Shown: in pieces, positions 62,101 through 64,000 of the stretch
Layout of the letters: each line of letters begins with the position of its first letter
Position numbering within the stretch: position 1 is the stretch's first letter
Source of the DNA: Balanoglossus misakiensis
Lineage: Eukaryota > Animalia > Hemichordata
Assembly (NCBI GenBank): GCA_040954595.2
Contig: CM082595.2
Coordinates: 3,023,943 to 3,087,942, forward strand
Direction: 5' to 3'
Length of the DNA: 64,000 nt
Notes under the pieces: model-generated
What the model was told of the DNA's origin: nothing
Databases searched by the model: none
Seen by the model: the letters and a program-made list of their open reading frames with translations, nothing else
Translations under genes and position numbers: made by a program

Positions 62101-64000
62101 AAATAATTTAATTGTTAACGGGGCATATGACCACGTTTTCCATCGTTGTCACTTATTATTTCGTCCTCTGTGGCGATAATCAAATTTCAGCTTAAACCTA
62201 AGATTAATTCTTTCGATAAATTGTCATTTGCCGGATATGCTTGTGCGAGCGAAGCACCCAAAGAGGCAAATTTATAACCATGGTCTGTGCGGTTCACACA
62301 TCCATCATTTAAAAAAGTCTGTTTAATGTCCCATGACACGCTGTCGACGGGCATGTAATAGAATACAGCGCATAAATACTGAGGCTGGCGAAATCACAAC
62401 GTCATAATACGTACAGGTGATTTATGACAAAGCCAATCTCTCCCCACTTGCGCGAATTGAACTGAAAAATAGATGATTCACTTTTCCCTCACCTCTCTTG
62501 TATAAATCCAGTGAAACCCTGTTCTTGCTGACAGACGTCAGGGTGTTGATTCGGAATTGGACAGTCCTGTCCAGAAGGTCTAACGCTCCATCTGAGCAAA
62601 ACACTTGCGGCGTAATTAACTTAGAAAGATAAGGCGCTTGATCATACACGCGATAGTATTAAAACTCTTACAGACTATCAATTATTCACCCATGAATAAG
62701 ATTTATCTTGGGAAATGTTGCAGCTAATGGAGCATGGTCGATATCACCTGATATTATTTAGCTTAATGACTCTTTTATATTTGAGGTTGTTTATGCCGTT
62801 ATAAACAGATAGACAGTCTGCCCTGTTGCTGTATAGCTGAAGTACACCTTTTGTATTCGGGATGTTGGAAAACGTGCAAACGCTACGGTGACGTGGTAAA
62901 GTGCTCTTTTGCGCAGAGAAAGACTGTCACAGAATCATGTGAGTGCATAATGCCCACAGCAAGGGTCGGTTCGCACATCCGATCGACAACCGAGAAACAA
63001 ACCTGTATTAGTCAGGCGGGCAAGATCAGATACTAGCATTACCGTTTCGTCTCCAACTCGACAAACAAGTGCTTGATGCTTTCAGATGACTCGGCTGAGA
63101 TAAATTAAGGAAGTTTTGTTTGAAAACTGCAAGTGTTTCAGTATAGTCATGTAATATTTTAAAGGGGCTTTCAACTCAATGGGCCTTTTCGCTATTTCTG
63201 TTCGACTGTTTGCTTGTAAGTACCAAAGTCGAGTTTAAATTCCACTTATCTTAGTCTAAAATTTGCGAATTCGCCATTCTTGCCGATTTTGCGAACACTA
63301 CACTAAATCTCTCGTGTATCTCATATAGTTTGACAAAGTGCGCGTTGTAGAGCTCGTTCATTTCGATGAAAAATCTCCCCTGTAAGTGCTTTAATAGTTA
63401 ATCCGTACGGGAGCTTTCCTTATGCGATTAATAACGGGATTTGTAACAGCTGGATGACGTATATCGTCATCTAGTTCTCTTTAGATGTCACGACTGTAAA
63501 TATCGCTGGAGGGTAGAATTACTGGATTCGGCGACATATACAGTACTGGCGATACACTTGCACAGTCATTGAGGACAAGGATCACTAAAACAATGATAGT
63601 ATCGGATTTCCTGTTGTTTTATTTTCAGCAAATGAACAAATTTGTCGATGAATTCTGATTTTGAACTCAGCTGTTGTCGTACATGTACCTGTAACCACTT
63701 ATCCTTTTATTTTGCGCGACAACAGTAGTGTGTGTGGGGGGGGGGGGGAGAGGGGGTAACCCAGCCCCACAACAGTCGTCATCAATACGTATTATGGTGT
63801 AATCGCTTGTTTTCATGATATTCCCGCAAGAAAACGTGGGAGAGACTAAAACACACGGGCGTTACCCGTTCCAGCTTGGGAATCAGTTTCTCGTGGAGAA
63901 AGGCGCACTTGGCACCGCACATGCACACACCTGTGATGACATCAGACGCTCAATTCAACTACGTCAGACGCACATCACAGTGTCTGTTTGCCCACTGAAA

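Noticed and set aside
63541-63560. cagtactggc, resembling the 5' end of an ambulacrarian microRNA
   Set aside because: The match is limited to about 9 nt and there is no supporting precursor hairpin. I recognised no tRNA, rRNA, snRNA or known miRNA in the window.

Overview
AT-rich, intron-dense animal genomic DNA. Exon boundaries and protein sequences look vertebrate-like, so a marine invertebrate deuterostome such as a hemichordate is my inference. I assembled five spliced genes by hand from splice sites and reading phase: the 5' part of SPEN/SHARP (minus strand, running off the left edge, RRM1-4), ARMC9 (minus, about 29 coding exons, with one U12-type intron and microexons), PPIH (plus, head-to-head with ARMC9), a Y-box cold-shock protein (minus) and eIF5A (plus, with a tandemly duplicated promoter and first exon). 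The window also holds a candidate two-exon orphan gene, a Helentron/HINE-like element, several MITE families and microsatellites. The most striking unexplained signal is in SPEN intron 2 (about 18.8-20.4 kb). It is a strand-specific, non-coding array of GGA-(A/U-rich)-UCC/ACC mini-hairpin motifs, spaced about 35 nt apart in its core, and it resembles the GGAUACCUG half of the Xist A-repeat that SPEN binds. I propose it as a candidate autoregulatory RNA landing pad in the SPEN pre-mRNA; this is a hypothesis, not shown. All coordinates were read by eye and may be off by a few bases.
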